Shown: piece by piece, positions 23,056-36,280 of the stretch | Position numbering within the stretch: the stretch's first letter is position 1 | Layout of the letters: each line of letters starts with the position of its first letter | Assembly (NCBI GenBank): GCA_001179505.1 | Contig: CDMY01000047.1 | Span: forward strand, 62,001-126,000 | From: Vitrella brassicaformis CCMP3155 | Taxonomy: Eukaryota > Protista > Chromerida | Direction of reading: 5' to 3' | Length of the DNA stretch: 64,000 nucleotides | Translations under genes and position numbers: made by a program | The notes under the pieces: model-generated | What the model saw: the letters and a program-made list of their open reading frames with translations, nothing else | What the model was told of the DNA's origin: nothing | Databases searched by the model: none

Positions 23056-24783
23056 TGGGGGCTTGGTGTCTGTCTGTCTGTCGGCGGGCGAACCTTTGTG
23101 TTCTGCATGACTTCGGGGAAGTCGGTCAGCGTCGTGGATGGACTCAACCTGACGCATGGATTGGATGCATGGATGCATGGACATTGCGGGAGGGAGCAGT
23201 CAGTCAGTCAGTCAGGCCATCTCTTCATTCACAAGGTAGGTACTCACGACTTTATCTTCCACAGCCGGTGGATCCGGATGGCAGCACAGCAAAAGAGCTC
23301 CTCAAGGGCACACTGCAGGCAGCCACAATCACACACGCATGTATCATGTATGTTCTGTCAGCCCATCGCACTCCTGCAGGCAGAGTGCCACGTCGTACGT
23401 CTCGTTCGTCGAGGGCCAGTCGGGCGAAGGCCTTCAGACACCTAAGGCACGGAACAGCACACCCGTCATTGCCTTGTCATGGGCGTGTGTGTGTGTTGCT
23501 ACTTTTTGGAGGCCGTATCGCTGCCCACTGCCGGATTGTGCCCCGGGGCGTGGTTGAGCTTCAGATACAGCACCAAGAAATGCTGGATAATCCCCCACCC
23601 CACACACACATACACATGCACTCCATCTCATCTCCCTCCCTCCCTCCCTGTGCCTGTGTGTGCACACCCTGCCTACCGTGATGTTGACAAAAACAGCGGA
23701 CAGGGGGTACTCCCAGGGTTCACCCTCCTGCCGCCGCTGCTGCTGGTGGTCGCCCCCCGTCCCGTCCTGCGAGTCGCCTCGGCCGTTCATCCCATACGAC
23801 GAGCTCGCGGGGTCCCTTGCGCGCCGTGCGGCGTAGTCGCGATTTGACTCCCGCATGAGGGTCTCGAAGTGCTGAATGAACGAATGGATATCCATCATGA
23901 CGGCTGCGGGGGTGCGTTCGTTGCGGATGTGTTTGTTGCTCACGTGTGAGTACTTATGAGCGAAGTAGATCATGCACTGGAGGGAGAGGAGGCCGCCGCC
24001 GCGAAAGTCGCTCCGCGGATCCCCATTCTGAAAATGTTCACACGACACACAGCAGTCAGTCAGGGGGCGCCAATGGAATGAAGGAAGGGCCTGGTCGGGT
24101 CGCGTGTGCTGTGAATGTATGTGTGTGTACCTGGAAGCCCAGCTCTTTCCACTGGTCAGCCTTCTCGGGGACATCCACATCGTCTGCACACACACACACA
24201 CACACACACGCACTCACTGCAGCACACATGTATTCGCCCCTCCCAGGAAGGTATGTGACACCAGTCGCCACACGGGGCTGCCCTGCCCTGCCCACGTATG
24301 GTGTGTATGCACTCACATACATACCCACCCGGCAAATGGAAGGCAAGCCTGAAGTACTTGCACAGCAGCGCCTGCAGTCCGTGCCCCATCAACACCCCCC
24401 ACCACCGTCTAGACTCTCCCTTGGAGGTCACTGCTGCGGCTGCATACAATACATCCGTACCTACCTACCTCATGTTCGGGTGACTGCGGGTCGTATTGCA
24501 CACTGGCCTTCTTCTTGTAGCGCCTCAGCGCCGCCTTCTCTTTCTCGGTCAGGCACTCACTGAAGGCGTAAAAGCAGCCCAGACAGTCGGCGAAGATGCC
24601 CTCATCCTCGACAATTGGCGCCTCGAGCGCACGATACGCCAGCAGCGGCTCGCTCTCTGACACGCACACACACGGACAGCACCAACAGCGGGTTGAGTCA
24701 TGAGAATTGGAATGACTCATTCACAATCGCTGTTTGCATCTGGCCATCTTACCCCTCGGCGAGTCATCTGCAGCAGGCGCCAT
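22927..24783 (-). CDS. ELMO/CED-12 domain protein (ELMOD-like)
   Basis: Spliced QWKELGFQNGDPRSDFRGGGLLSLQCMIYF and YPLSAVFVNIT motifs. Start MAPAADDSPR. Confidence 0.85.
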
Positions 24784-24990
24784 CTTTAAAAATGTCGCCA
24801 CGTTCGCGCGAGCTCACGGGGGATCTGCGAGCCGAGAGAAAGGAGTCAGCGGTCTGTCTGGGCTTTCAGTTCCTTCCCGAGGCCCGGCATCACACCGCAA
24901 TTCATGGTTGATGTTGATACCTCTCTCGCTTATCGAATAGTCGCTTATCGCTGCGGATCATGTGAGGCTGACTGAGCTTTTGGCTAGTTA

Positions 24991-27900
24991 ATGGTGGCGC
25001 CGCATGATGAGACGCACTTGGACACCCATGTGGTGGTCGTGGGAAGCGGCGCTGCCGGCCTTTGTGCCGCCATTGAGGTATCTATGGGGATCAAACCACA
25101 CCTGTCCCAAGCCATTGCGCAATGTGGTTGTTTGTGTGTGCAGGCTGCCGAGAGTGGCGCCAGGGTAATGCTCATCGAAAAGCACAAGATCGGCGGCAAC
25201 TCTGCAAAGGCAGGAGAGGGAAAAAGAGGCATTGGGTGCTTGCGACTTGCCCATAGATTCGTTCGTGTGTCTGTCGGGTGGTCTGGTCAGGCGACGTCAG
25301 GGATCAATGGGGCCGGCACGAGTGTGCAGAGGGCGCTGGGCATCGAGGACCGACCTGAGGCCTTCATGCAGGACACGCTCGTGTCAGGTGAGGGCATGGC
25401 CGACGAGCAGCTCGTGGCCAGGCTGGCACACAGCAGCGCGTCGGCCGTCGAGTGGCTCATATCGCTGGGCGTCAACCTCACCCAAGTGGAGCGGCTCGGC
25501 GGACACAGGTGAAAGAGATCACAACTGCTCTGCTTGCCGGGGCATATGGTCATGTGTATTTGTGTGTGTCAGTACGGCGCGTTCTCACCGCATCCCGCCG
25601 CTCCCCGATGGTCGTCCCGTGCCGGTCGGCTGGACCACTATCAGCGCACTGGTCAGGAAAATCAAAGACTTCGGCGATCGCATCACGGTAGGCACACCAC
25701 ACGAAACAAGACCCACCCCGATGGATGGGATGCCATCCATCCAAGTGTGTTTGTGTGCTTCCTTGGCACATGCAGGTGATGGAGGGCTACAGGCTGCTGG
25801 ACATCATTATATCCAACGATGCCCAGCCATCCCTCTCCCCATCGCCGCACCTGCCCGGCCATGCCGCAGAAGGGGTGGTCATCCAGGCCACCAACACCAC
25901 TGCCGACGACAGCCCGGCCGCCCCGCCCCTCACCATTCACTCTGACAGCGTCGTCTTGGCTACCGGTGGTTTCAGCAGCGACGCATTGCCGCAGCAGCAG
26001 GGGCAGGGTGACCATCTGCCTGGGCACCTGGCGCCGTCGCTGCTCAAGGAGGTGGCGCCATTGTTGGCCCATCACGCAACCACCAACGGGCTCTTCGCCA
26101 CGGGCGACTCTCTCAAGATCGGCCAGCACAGGGGATTGGCCATGAAGCACCTCGAACACATACAGGTCAGTGAGTGAGAAGCGAGAGGAACACAAAACTA
26201 ATGCGTGCAGGACTGTCTCTCATCACCGCAAATTTCATTCTCATTCGTCTGTCTGCTCTGTGTCTGTCGTGTGCGTGCAGCTGCATCCGACGGGTTTCGT
26301 GGATCTGTGTGATCCGCTGAGCAGCACCAAGTGGCTGGCGCCCGAGATGCTCCGGGGGTGCGGGGCCATCCTCGTCACACACACAGGCGAGCGATTCGTC
26401 AACGAGCTCGAGAAGCGCAGCGTCGTGTCGGACGCCATCCTGCAAGGCGGCACACCCATCCTTGCATGGCCCGGCATGGAGGGCGCCCGGCTGCGGCCAG
26501 ACAGTGGTGAGGACGAGGGCGCGGCGGCCAGACGGGCGTCCAACAGTGCGGCGCTGCTCATGAATGAGGCCATCAGGCAACGGTGGGTGGGGAGGGGTGG
26601 AGGTGGGGGGAGGAAGATCCGCCTCATGGTGGCTGTGTTGTGGTTGTTGTCAGGGTCGGTGCCGGGACGCTTCGCTTTTACGAGCAGAAGGGTCTGATTC
26701 GCAGCGCGGGTAGCCTGAGGGAGGCGGCGGCCATGCTGGGCGTCCGTGAAGACCGCCTGATCGCCACAATTAAGGATTACAGCAACGGGATGGCCCAAGG
26801 CAAGGACAGCTTTGGTAAGGAGGCAGGCGACACAACACGGCGAGGGAGGGAGCAATGAATTCCCTTGATGGTGTGACTCGCTGTGTGAACTCAGGCAAGA
26901 GTGTGTTTCCGGCGGCTCTCTCCCCTGATGACACTTTCTACATCGCCATCGTGACGCCATGCCTCCACTACACCATGTGTGTGTGTGGGCCGACAGACAG
27001 CAAACACTCCTCCTTACTCACCCACCCCCTCACTGTGTGGCTGGGCTGGTATCTGTGCCATCCATCTACACTGCAGGGGCGGTCTGTGCGTCAACTCGAG
27101 CGCTCAGGTGATGCGCGAAGAGCCGTCTGCTGTCGTCGACCCACTGCTAGACCTGGGCGTCCCAACACAGCCGCCCAGGAGACCCGTTAGCGGCCTATTC
27201 GCTGCTGGTGCGACCGACAGCAGGCCACGGACGCACCACACAGAGCAGAATCGTTGCATACCATACACGTGTGTGTTTCCTTCTTGTATGTGTCTGTGCA
27301 GGTGAGGTGGTGGGAGGTCTGCACGGCGCCAATCGGCTGGCCGGCAACGGACTTTTGGAATCGGTCGTCTTCGGCCGTCTCGCGGGCAACTGGGCAGCAC
27401 GGGTAGGTACCTACACTTGACCACTGCATGCCTGCCATGAGGAAGTGAGTGCATTCCAACCATTCCTCTGCCTGCCTGCCTGCCTGCCTACAGAGCTCCA
27501 AAAGGTCGTCATCGACACTGCCCCTGCCCATCCACCCTGGCGGCGAGAGCGCGGAGCTGAGGCTGCGGGAGATCGACGACAGGACCATCCCAGGGTGCGC
27601 GGTGCTGCGATTCGACCTGCCGTCCGGCCGCCATGTGGCCAATGTGGGGCTGGGCGGGCGAGTGCTGCTGAAGCCTCCTCATTGCCGCAATGGGGTTTCC
27701 CTGCCCGTTCTCACCCCACCGTCGTCCTTCACCGGCGTGCTGGAGCTGGCCCTGTTCGCGACGGTGGATGGAGACACAGATGTAGAGCAGTCCCCACGAC
27801 CACCTCCACTGGGGTGCGTATGCGCGCCGGGCAGTGTGGTGTCGGCATCGTTGGAGCCGCCACAAGAGGGGGCCGGCGACATGCAGAGGCTGGACAGAAT

Positions 27901-28409
27901 GGTGCGCAAGGACGATGGGGTCAAGTGTGTGGTGGCCGCGGGCAATGATGGCCTGGCGCTCGCCCTGCAGCTCATGAGATACGCCTTGCACCACCATGAC
28001 ACTCTCAGGGGAATGCTGCAGGTGAGTTAGTGAGGTGAGGTGACTGAAGTGAGGGAAGGACCACTCGCCACGCATGCCGCCCCCTGACGCTCTCATCTTT
28101 CCTTTGCAGGTGATTGTCATCTCGGCGAATTGCCGGTGTTGCCAATACCTGCAGAAGACCGCACAACAGCATCGCAGCGTGCTGGAGGGCCGGTTCCAGC
28201 TACAGGCCAAATGTAGCGATGAGGATGGATGCCACGGTGATGTTCCAGGAGCTGCCGTGGGTGATGGCCTGTGGGAGTGTGATGGGCTGCTGGAGAGCGT
28301 GCAGTTGGCCAAGCTGATGGCGCAGCAGCGGCTGTTCTTGTGCGGGGTGGGGGTGAAGGATGCTGCTGATGCTACTGCTGATGAGGGGGCAAGGATAAGG
28401 GGCTGCTAG
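24991..28409 (+). CDS. Soluble flavoprotein fumarate reductase (Osm1/Frd1-like) with C-terminal cytochrome-b5-reductase-like extension
   Basis: [40 protein letters not shown] and [26 protein letters not shown] motifs, followed by an extra domain of about 250 aa. Confidence 0.9.
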
Positions 28410-28883
28410 CGTGAGTGTCAGCTGACGTCTGCAAGTGTGGTGTGTTCTGTATGCGTCTGTCTGTTGATGTGTGACGTCCGACGCTTAGTTGCCGGAAACT
28501 GCGAGTGTCGTGTGTGCAGTGGCTGACGGTTTCTTGAGGCATTCAGTGGTCAAAATACTGAGTGTCTCTGTTGGTCTCACATGCCGTTGTCCAACGCGCT
28601 CTCGCTGAATCTACTTCGTCACGGCCCTCATTGGCTCTCGGGATCTGGTTGGTTCGACCAGACACCGAGCACCATGGAGGGACCCACAGAAGCAGACCCA
28701 GCGAAGAACCGCATAGACCCACTCACTGGTCAGACAATCTTCATCTGTGTGTAATGCATAAAGGGTCTCACGCATGTCACACATGGGCCCCGGCATCACA
28801 CACACAAGGAGAGAACCGTCCCGGCTCACACACGTACTGCACCACATCCCACCCGCCCGCCGGCCAGCAGTGTCTCTGTCTAG

Positions 28884-29953
28884 CTAGCGCAGGAAGGTTG
28901 TGGGTCGCTTGGCGGTGAAGGTGGTGCGGTACTTCTTCTCCGGCATGGGCAGCCGACGGATCAGGGGGAACCGCAAGTCGTCAGCCTGATTGATGGATAA
29001 CAGACATACCGACCCAACACACACATGGATGGATGGATGGATGGATGGATGACACACATGGGAGTGGTGTGTGTGTGTGTGCGTGGTTGGTGGGTTGAGT
29101 AACATGTGTTACTTACGTGGAATTGTGTGATGTTTTCCCGGATGCACTTGTCGTCGGGGATGGCCTCGATGCGGATGATCTGGATGTTGCTCGACAACGC
29201 ACGGTGACGACCTGCCATCTCAGCGTCTGATTATTTGACCACCACACATGCACCCACACGAAAGGCACACGTGTCTGTCGTGCTGAGCTGTCTGTAGGGG
29301 TGTGCATGGCGCGATGTGTTGGTTGGTTGGCCGGTTAGGTTAGCATAGCTTACACATTTGGCTGACGGCTCCGTTTTGTGTGGTGTCCCTGTACTCCTTG
29401 TACATGTTGTGGGTGGCCGTCCGGCTGTCGTAGCGCAGGTAGATGGCAAAGTTCTTGATAGTTGACGGATCTTCCTCGTGAATCTGATGGCCACCATGAT
29501 GGACATCATGACACGACACACCACACCACACACACACACACACACGACAGACAAGACACACCGACTACAGTGCACCCCTCCACCAGCTGTGGTGCATCTG
29601 TGTGTGTGGCTGACCTCGTCGACGGCGAGAATCTGGCCTCCGGACTTCTTGGCCTTGTTGATCTTCTTCATGAAGTACCAGAACTTGGCCTTGGCGATGA
29701 CCGGGTTCTTGGCGAACAGCCGCATCCGATACACCTTGACATGAGGCTTCTTGGCGGTCGGCGCAGCGCGACCCACAATGTGGTACTGGTGGATCTGCAC
29801 ACACAAACACAGACACACAGGCGTGTGTGTGTGTGTGTGTGATCTCTCTCACTCGCCATCCGCAAAGCAGGGAGCGTTGTGTGATCAGATCTGTCGTGCC
29901 TATGTACGTACCTCGGCCTGCAGGGAGGGATCCGCCTTGCTCTTCTTCACCAT
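28884..29953 (-). CDS. RPL18A: 60S ribosomal protein L18a (eL20)
   Basis: IHQYHIVGR...[45 protein letters not shown] and FPLIRR...RPTTF motifs. Confidence 0.97.
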
Positions 29954-30024
29954 TTTTACGAGCTGCCGGGGGGAGCTCACGCAGACGCAGTGCGAGCTCA
30001 GGACTCTCTTTTTGGGCTTCACTC

Positions 30025-30069
30025 CCACCCTAACTCAAAACCCGAACCCTACCCGAATTCGTAGGGTTT
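30025..30069. promoter_or_regulatory. Cluster of telo-box-like motifs upstream of RPL18A
   Basis: cacccta, aaaacccg, aacccta and tagggttt within 45 bp. Confidence 0.45.
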
Positions 30070-30216
30070 GCCAGTGAACATGAGGGAACCGCGAAAAAGT
30101 TCGAGATATGACGGCCATTGTCAAGCAGAGGACAGAGATGCCGCTGATGACAACAGCACAGGAAAGGTGGTTGAACACGTTTCCCTTCCTCTGACAGTCC
30201 CCATTCCGTGGCTAAG

Positions 30217-32145
30217 ATGGCCGACCCCACATCAGCCGTCAGCTGCGGGCAGGCGCCTCCCTCTGTCTGCATGGGTCTGTACACAGCCCAGGTGGACGCC
30301 TTGAGTCACTTCCGACAGCCGGTGGCTCTGCAGCACATCGGGTGGCTCGCCACTCATACGTCGGCTGGGTCGGCGCGTGCCAACGATGTCCCACGGGCGA
30401 CGGCGGGGCGGGGAGGGCGAGATGGGAGCATTGGTGGGCCTGGTGACGGAGGTTGCTACGGATTCTGCACTGACGCCTATGAGAACGAATTCGCCGGTGA
30501 ATGAGGGGGAGGGAGGGTGTGCAGACAGACAGACACGCAGGCAGGGATGGGGCGGGGCGGGGCGGGCATGTGTGTGTCTTGAGTGGAGTGTGTCTGCGCT
30601 GATGGGATGCATTGGATGTGGTGCACTGCAGGTGACGAGTGTCTGCGTCACTTGCTGACGAGCCTGGACGACCCCCACGTCCCTCTGGAGTGCCTCCACG
30701 GCCTACACAACGACTTCGCACAGCTCTGCGTGTGGGTCTTCTCAGGTACCTGAGTGTGGTGTGCCTTGCTCACCTTCACCTTCACCAGCACACACACACA
30801 CACACACCTTGTCCTTCTCTATCTCTGTGTGTCGTTGTTGTCAGTGTGCAAGGACCGTGAGATGCGCTCGAAGCACTTCCCCTACTACATCCTCCTGGAC
30901 GCAGTGGACATCCTGCGGCGCTACCTCGCCGTCGCCATCGCAAACGCCGCTGCTGCTGCTGCTGCATCATGCCCCTGTCCATCAGGGTGGCCAGGCGGCG
31001 AGACCACCTGGCCCTGGTCGGCATATCAGTTCGTCACGGCCTGCCTGGCGGCCGTCCTTCTCGCTTCCGACATGGTATGCATCACGTCACGCAGGCAGAC
31101 AGATCAATGCACCACACACACTCGAGAATTGGGTGCGTGTGTGTTCCATTCAGAATGAGTCCCTTGACCATGAGGTCGACTACCAGTTCATGCGTCGGAC
31201 AGAGGAGTTTGTGCGGCTGACCGTCATGCAGCGGCCGGAGCTGTCCATCTGGGCGGTGGACCGGCAGCTGCTGCACGATGTGACGCAGCACAAGGTCATG
31301 ATTCTGAGGGCGCTCCGGTTCCGGCTGTCGCGGCCCCACGTGCGGCACTGGATAGAGTTTCTCGTCACGAGAACAGCTGTGCTCTACAACCACTGCCTGC
31401 CACCACTGTGAGCGAATAGACAGAACACACAGAGCTGGTCAAGTCAAATCGGTCCAGCGATAGGCATCCATCATCGACGTGTGTGACGTCCGTGTGGCAT
31501 TCATTCAGGAGTGCCGAAGTGTGGCGGTCGGTCTACTTCGAGGCCGAGAGGCTGTCGGCCGAGCCGTGTAATCTCGTGGCCTACACGTTCTGCCAGGCGC
31601 CTCCCTGCAGCAGCAGCAGCTGCACCACACCCCTTGCCCCGTTCCCGCCCTCCCCCCCCGTCTCACCCTCCTCCCACACAACCATCGAAACCGACGACCG
31701 CACCATGGCCAGCGCGCACCATCCATCCAGCGCCCCCTCCTCGGCTGCACATGGCGACATCAATCAGCACCGCTCCACACCGACTTACCATCCCGGCGAC
31801 CCCCATCATCTGTCTCGCGCGACGTCAGGTGACAGCTGCACCCCTTCACCCCCACTGGCCCCCCACGGCTACGATAAGCGAGGGGGCGATGCGGCAGCGG
31901 GTTGGTCGCTGGACTTGTCTGTGCCGTTTGGGATGGGCGAGGCCAACGTGCGGTGCGAGGGAGTGGGGTTGGGGGTGGGGAGGGGACGGGGTAGAGGGGT
32001 CAACCAGATGGAGAGGGCGGCCTTTTTCGTGACGCTGGCTACCAGGAACGTGGTGGGTGCGTACTCGCTGGGACATATGGTTGGCGCGAATGTGCTGGTG
32101 GTGCTGGAGGGGGTGCTCAGACAAATTGCCAACTCGACCTACTGA
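30217..32145 (+). CDS. Divergent cyclin-fold protein (putative)
   Basis: DAVDILRRYL, FVTACLAAVLLASD and KVMILRALRFRLSRPHVRHWIEFL resemble cyclin-box helices 2, 3 and 5. Exons splice in frame. Confidence 0.5.
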
Positions 32146-33614
32146 CTGACTGACTGCCCAGGTGAGGTGGGTCTTTCTGTATTGCATTGCGTTGCGTTGC
32201 GTTGCATTGCATGCGTGTGTGTACAGCTGGCTGTCTTGTCTGCATTGCATTGGGTGGGTGGGTGGGTGGCTGGCTGGGTGGGTGAAGTAGGGGAAGGAAG
32301 ACAAGGGAGGGAGCAGTGGGTGGCTGATCTGGGCTGGTGTGTCTGTCTACAGACATACATACATACACAGACAGACAGACAGACGTGGCCGGGCCGACAT
32401 CACATCAAGGCAGGCAGGCAGGTACGTACAGATGGTGCTGTGCTGTGCTGTGGTACGGTACGTGCAGGCATACGCAACGTACATCTATCTGCCCGGGCTG
32501 GTTTGTTTATCTAACACGGGGAGGGAGGGAGGGAGGGGGAAAGGGCACTGAAGTCAATGAGTGAATGGGGGGAGGGAGAGGCATGACAGCTGCCTTGCCG
32601 TGATGCCTGTAATGACCTCAGCTCCTCTGCCTGCCTGCCTGCCTGCCTGCGTGTCTTTTTCAGTTGTGCTGTGAAGTGGGAGGGCGAAGACGCAGTTTAA
32701 CGATGAGGGACGGGCGGACGGACGGCATATGCTGCCATCGTGTTTTTCAGTGTTTCCTCTATCTGCTCGTGTGTGTACGTGGGACTCAAGCTCGTTGACG
32801 GATCTGATCTATCTGCAGTCAGTGGATATGATATGCAGTCAATGTCTGAGTGTCGGGACATCCCGACACGCACGAATCAATAAGCAGCAACCGCAACTAG
32901 CTGCATCCGACGCAAGCAGCCGACACACACATTCAGTCATCTGAGCAATCAGGCGCTTTCTATCTAGCTCAGCTCCCTGTCCCGCTTTGCCCATGACCCC
33001 CTCCACCACCCGAGTCTCACGGTACGCTCACACGGCACGGGGAGACGCAGGTGATGGAGACCATCAAAGGCAGAAGAGAGGCCAGTGAGCTCAGTCAGGC
33101 TGTGTCTGTCCATCCCCTGACTGACTGTCCCCCAGCGCCACTGAGTGAGTTGAGTAGGCACACAGAGTCTGTCTGACCAGTGAGTGTGATGTGATGTGGT
33201 GCGATGTGGTCTTTCCTCCGTCCTTTGGTCTGTCCTCTCGGTCCTCTGGCCGCCGCCTCGCCACCGACCCATCTCACACGATCAGACGCGTGAAATGGAG
33301 AAGTGGCGAAGAGACAAGTGAGGGTTGCGAGAGGGACCAAAGAGATGACACGCACCAGAGACTGCAAAATCCATCCAAGTATGCCAGGGTGACCCAACGA
33401 GTCAGTCCATCCACCCACCCCCTTTCAGCCATCCCGCCCAATCATGAACCCAAGCGAACCCACGTCCATTCCCTTCCCTCCCCTCCTTACCCCTCCCACA
33501 CATCATGAGGAAGATAGATGCTCAAAACTGCGCTGTCCGTCTGTCTGTCTCTCTGTCTCTCTGCCTATCGAACACGACAAAGTGGCGTGACCTAAGGATC
33601 TACGTGATGCCCCC

Positions 33615-33914
33615 NNNNNNNNNNNNNNNNNNNNNNNNNNNNNNNNNNNNNNNNNNNNNNNNNNNNNNNNNNNNNNNNNNNNNNNNNNNNNNNNNNNNNN
33701 NNNNNNNNNNNNNNNNNNNNNNNNNNNNNNNNNNNNNNNNNNNNNNNNNNNNNNNNNNNNNNNNNNNNNNNNNNNNNNNNNNNNNNNNNNNNNNNNNNNN
33801 NNNNNNNNNNNNNNNNNNNNNNNNNNNNNNNNNNNNNNNNNNNNNNNNNNNNNNNNNNNNNNNNNNNNNNNNNNNNNNNNNNNNNNNNNNNNNNNNNNNN
33901 NNNNNNNNNNNNNN
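33615..33914. other. Assembly gap (300 N) with duplicated flanks
   Basis: aaagtggcgtgacctaaggatctacgtgatgccccc is present on both sides of the gap. Confidence 0.97.
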
Positions 33915-34427
33915 AAAGTGGCGTGACCTAAGGATCTACGTGATGCCCCCGCCCCCCCCCCTCGCCCCACACACCCTCCGCGCCCCGCCCCTCGCCGAAA
34001 CCGACAAGTAAGTGCCTGTTTGTACAGGAGACAGGAAACAAACACAACAACAGCACGAACAGACACGCCCCTGTCTGTCGTATTTCACTTAATGCATCCA
34101 TTCATGCTCCTTCCCTACTGACTGCCCATCTGTCTGTCTGTCTGTCTGTCTGTCTGCCTCGTCGCGTGCCCGACCAACGAAAAAGTGGTGGGGTTGAGGA
34201 GGGAGGCAGCGGCAGCGGCACTGCACGACCGCACCACCGCATAAAACCGACAAATAGCTCTCTAGCCAGCCATGCCGCCCACATTGCGGACTCCCCCACT
34301 CTCACTCTCACTCTCATTTGTCTCGAATTGGCCCCCCAGCCCCCACGTCACACCACACCGTCACACCACACCGTCCCTCGAACTAGCTGGGTACTCTACG
34401 TTGCGTATGCATGCATCGCCCCCTCAC

Positions 34428-36034
34428 TCACTGCTGCCTCTCCTCAGCGGCCGACGTCTCCGGCTGCTGCTGTGTGAGCCTGACGAGTGGCGGGCCGAAG
34501 TCGACCTTGAGCGATGCGATGAAGATGGCGTTCTTGACGACCCACTCGATGGCCGTCCGGACGCGCCGCTCCCTGGCCAGGCTATCGAGCAGCTGCAGCT
34601 CTTTCAGCCGCTCGTCCCACTTGCGCTCGTCGTACTCGAAGTACACAATCCCGCTAAGCAGACTCTGCTCACGCTCCTCCTGCTGCTGAGTCGGAATGGG
34701 GATCGGCGTCAAGGCGTCAGAGTCACCGTCCGGGTCGGTGTTGAGGTAGCTGATGAGCCGCTGGAGAGGGGGGAAGGACCTGAGTGGCTCTAGAGGGCCC
34801 CAGTCCGGCTCCTGTGTGGGGTCGGGCTGCTGCTGGGGTGGCGTGTATGCCGGGAAGGAGTCCTTTGTGGTGCGGGAGAGGCTGTCCTTCGTCAGCAGGA
34901 ACAGACAAGACGCCGACAGGAAGTGCCACACCTACATGCAGAGGGCGCACCGCACATCCGTCGCTCGCTTGTGCCTCTCTCTCGTGGTGTGTAATGTGAT
35001 GCGGGAGGGTGGGTGGGAGTGGATTGCCTCCTTACTGAGTGTGCGACGGTGTATGTGTCTCCATTGACATCGATGAGCAGCACCAGGGCCACCCCGGCCA
35101 TCAAGAGGAAGGGGAGGGACATCCGCAGCGCCGCCCTCTGTATGAGGTGCGCCATCAGGACACTTCCCAGCAGGATCGCACAGACCACATCCAGCACACA
35201 CGCCAGGTGGACCACGCCCGTCTCAGGGCCCAGCGCAACCTGCACACACACGCACACACACAAAAGACGTCACTCAAAGGGATGGGCCACTTCTCTGCCT
35301 CCCTACCTCCCTCCCTGCCGTCACCTGTGTGGCGTGGAAGGTGAGGGAGACGCTGCCCATGGCGAGTGCCCCTGCCGCCAGCCATTTCGGAACCTGTGGG
35401 TCAAGGTGAAAGTCGAGAGCGACCATGGCATACGCAATGTTGGACAGCAGGAAGGGCGCCGACAGATGGGGGTCGGGCGACAACGGATACCTGACACACA
35501 CACACACACACACATATTCTCTCTATCGATGTGTGAGTGTGCGCCTCTACTGCATCCTCTCCTTCCATGCCATGCCCTTTTACCCACTCACCACCAGTCG
35601 GGCAGGCGGAAGGCATCGAGCACTGCGGGGTTGACTATATGAGGGATGAGCTGCGCGTTGTCCAGCAGGGCAGCAGCTGCCTCCAGCACAAACCTCGATG
35701 CCTCCTCGATCGCACTGTGCGGCAATGGGGGAATTAGCGGCAGCGGCGCAAACGGGAGAAAAGACGGCAGCAGAGTCGACGTCACAGCTGAGGCCGCCAT
35801 CGCCTCCGTCCCGGCCGCCATGCGGAGAGGCCGTCTGCTTCGCAATGGTTGCGGGAGGCGCTGTGGTATTGAAGGCAAAGGGTGGGTGATGGAGGGGGGG
35901 AGGAATGCCTCCTTGGAGGCTGTCGCCATGTGCATCTTGCTGTCCGGTGGCCTCATCCTGGCGCCGTCGGTGCCGGTCGCGGAGCAGAGTAGGATGGGAA
36001 GCATGAGATGAGCAGCCGTCCCCGAGATCTTCAT
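34428..36034 (-). CDS. Multi-pass membrane protein, CREST-superfamily-like, with putative signal + transit peptide
   Basis: MKISGTAAHLMLPILLCSATG, then ...KEAFLPP...RSRRPLRMAA. Hydrophobic exons contain SLTFH (SxxxH) and, after splicing, HSVWHFLSA (HxxWH). Confidence 0.55.
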
Positions 36035-36280
36035 GTTGCGGGTGTGCTGCGTCGCTGCGCGACGGTGGGAAGAGCTCCCCTTTCGTCCCTTATGCCAGAA
36101 GCTCGCCAGATCATAAGCTTGCAAGTGATCCAAGAACGACTCGGAGCTGTTTGTTGGAGAGGTTTTTGGCTGCGTACTTAGTACCTATTGCAATTTTGAA
36201 GGTTCGGGTGTAAGTTGAGGGCAGAGCATCGCGAGCAGTGTTGCTGAAAGGTGAGGTGCGGTGTGCTGAGTTGAGGCGTC

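Noticed and set aside
32146-33600. Short ORFs downstream of the cyclin-like gene
   Set aside because: Dominated by microsatellites with no consistent exon chain or motif.
33580-33950. 36-bp direct repeat flanking the N gap (similar at 51400-51750)
   Set aside because: Identical sequence on both sides of a fixed 300-N pad next to a homopolymer indicates overlapping contig ends, not a TSD or mobile element.
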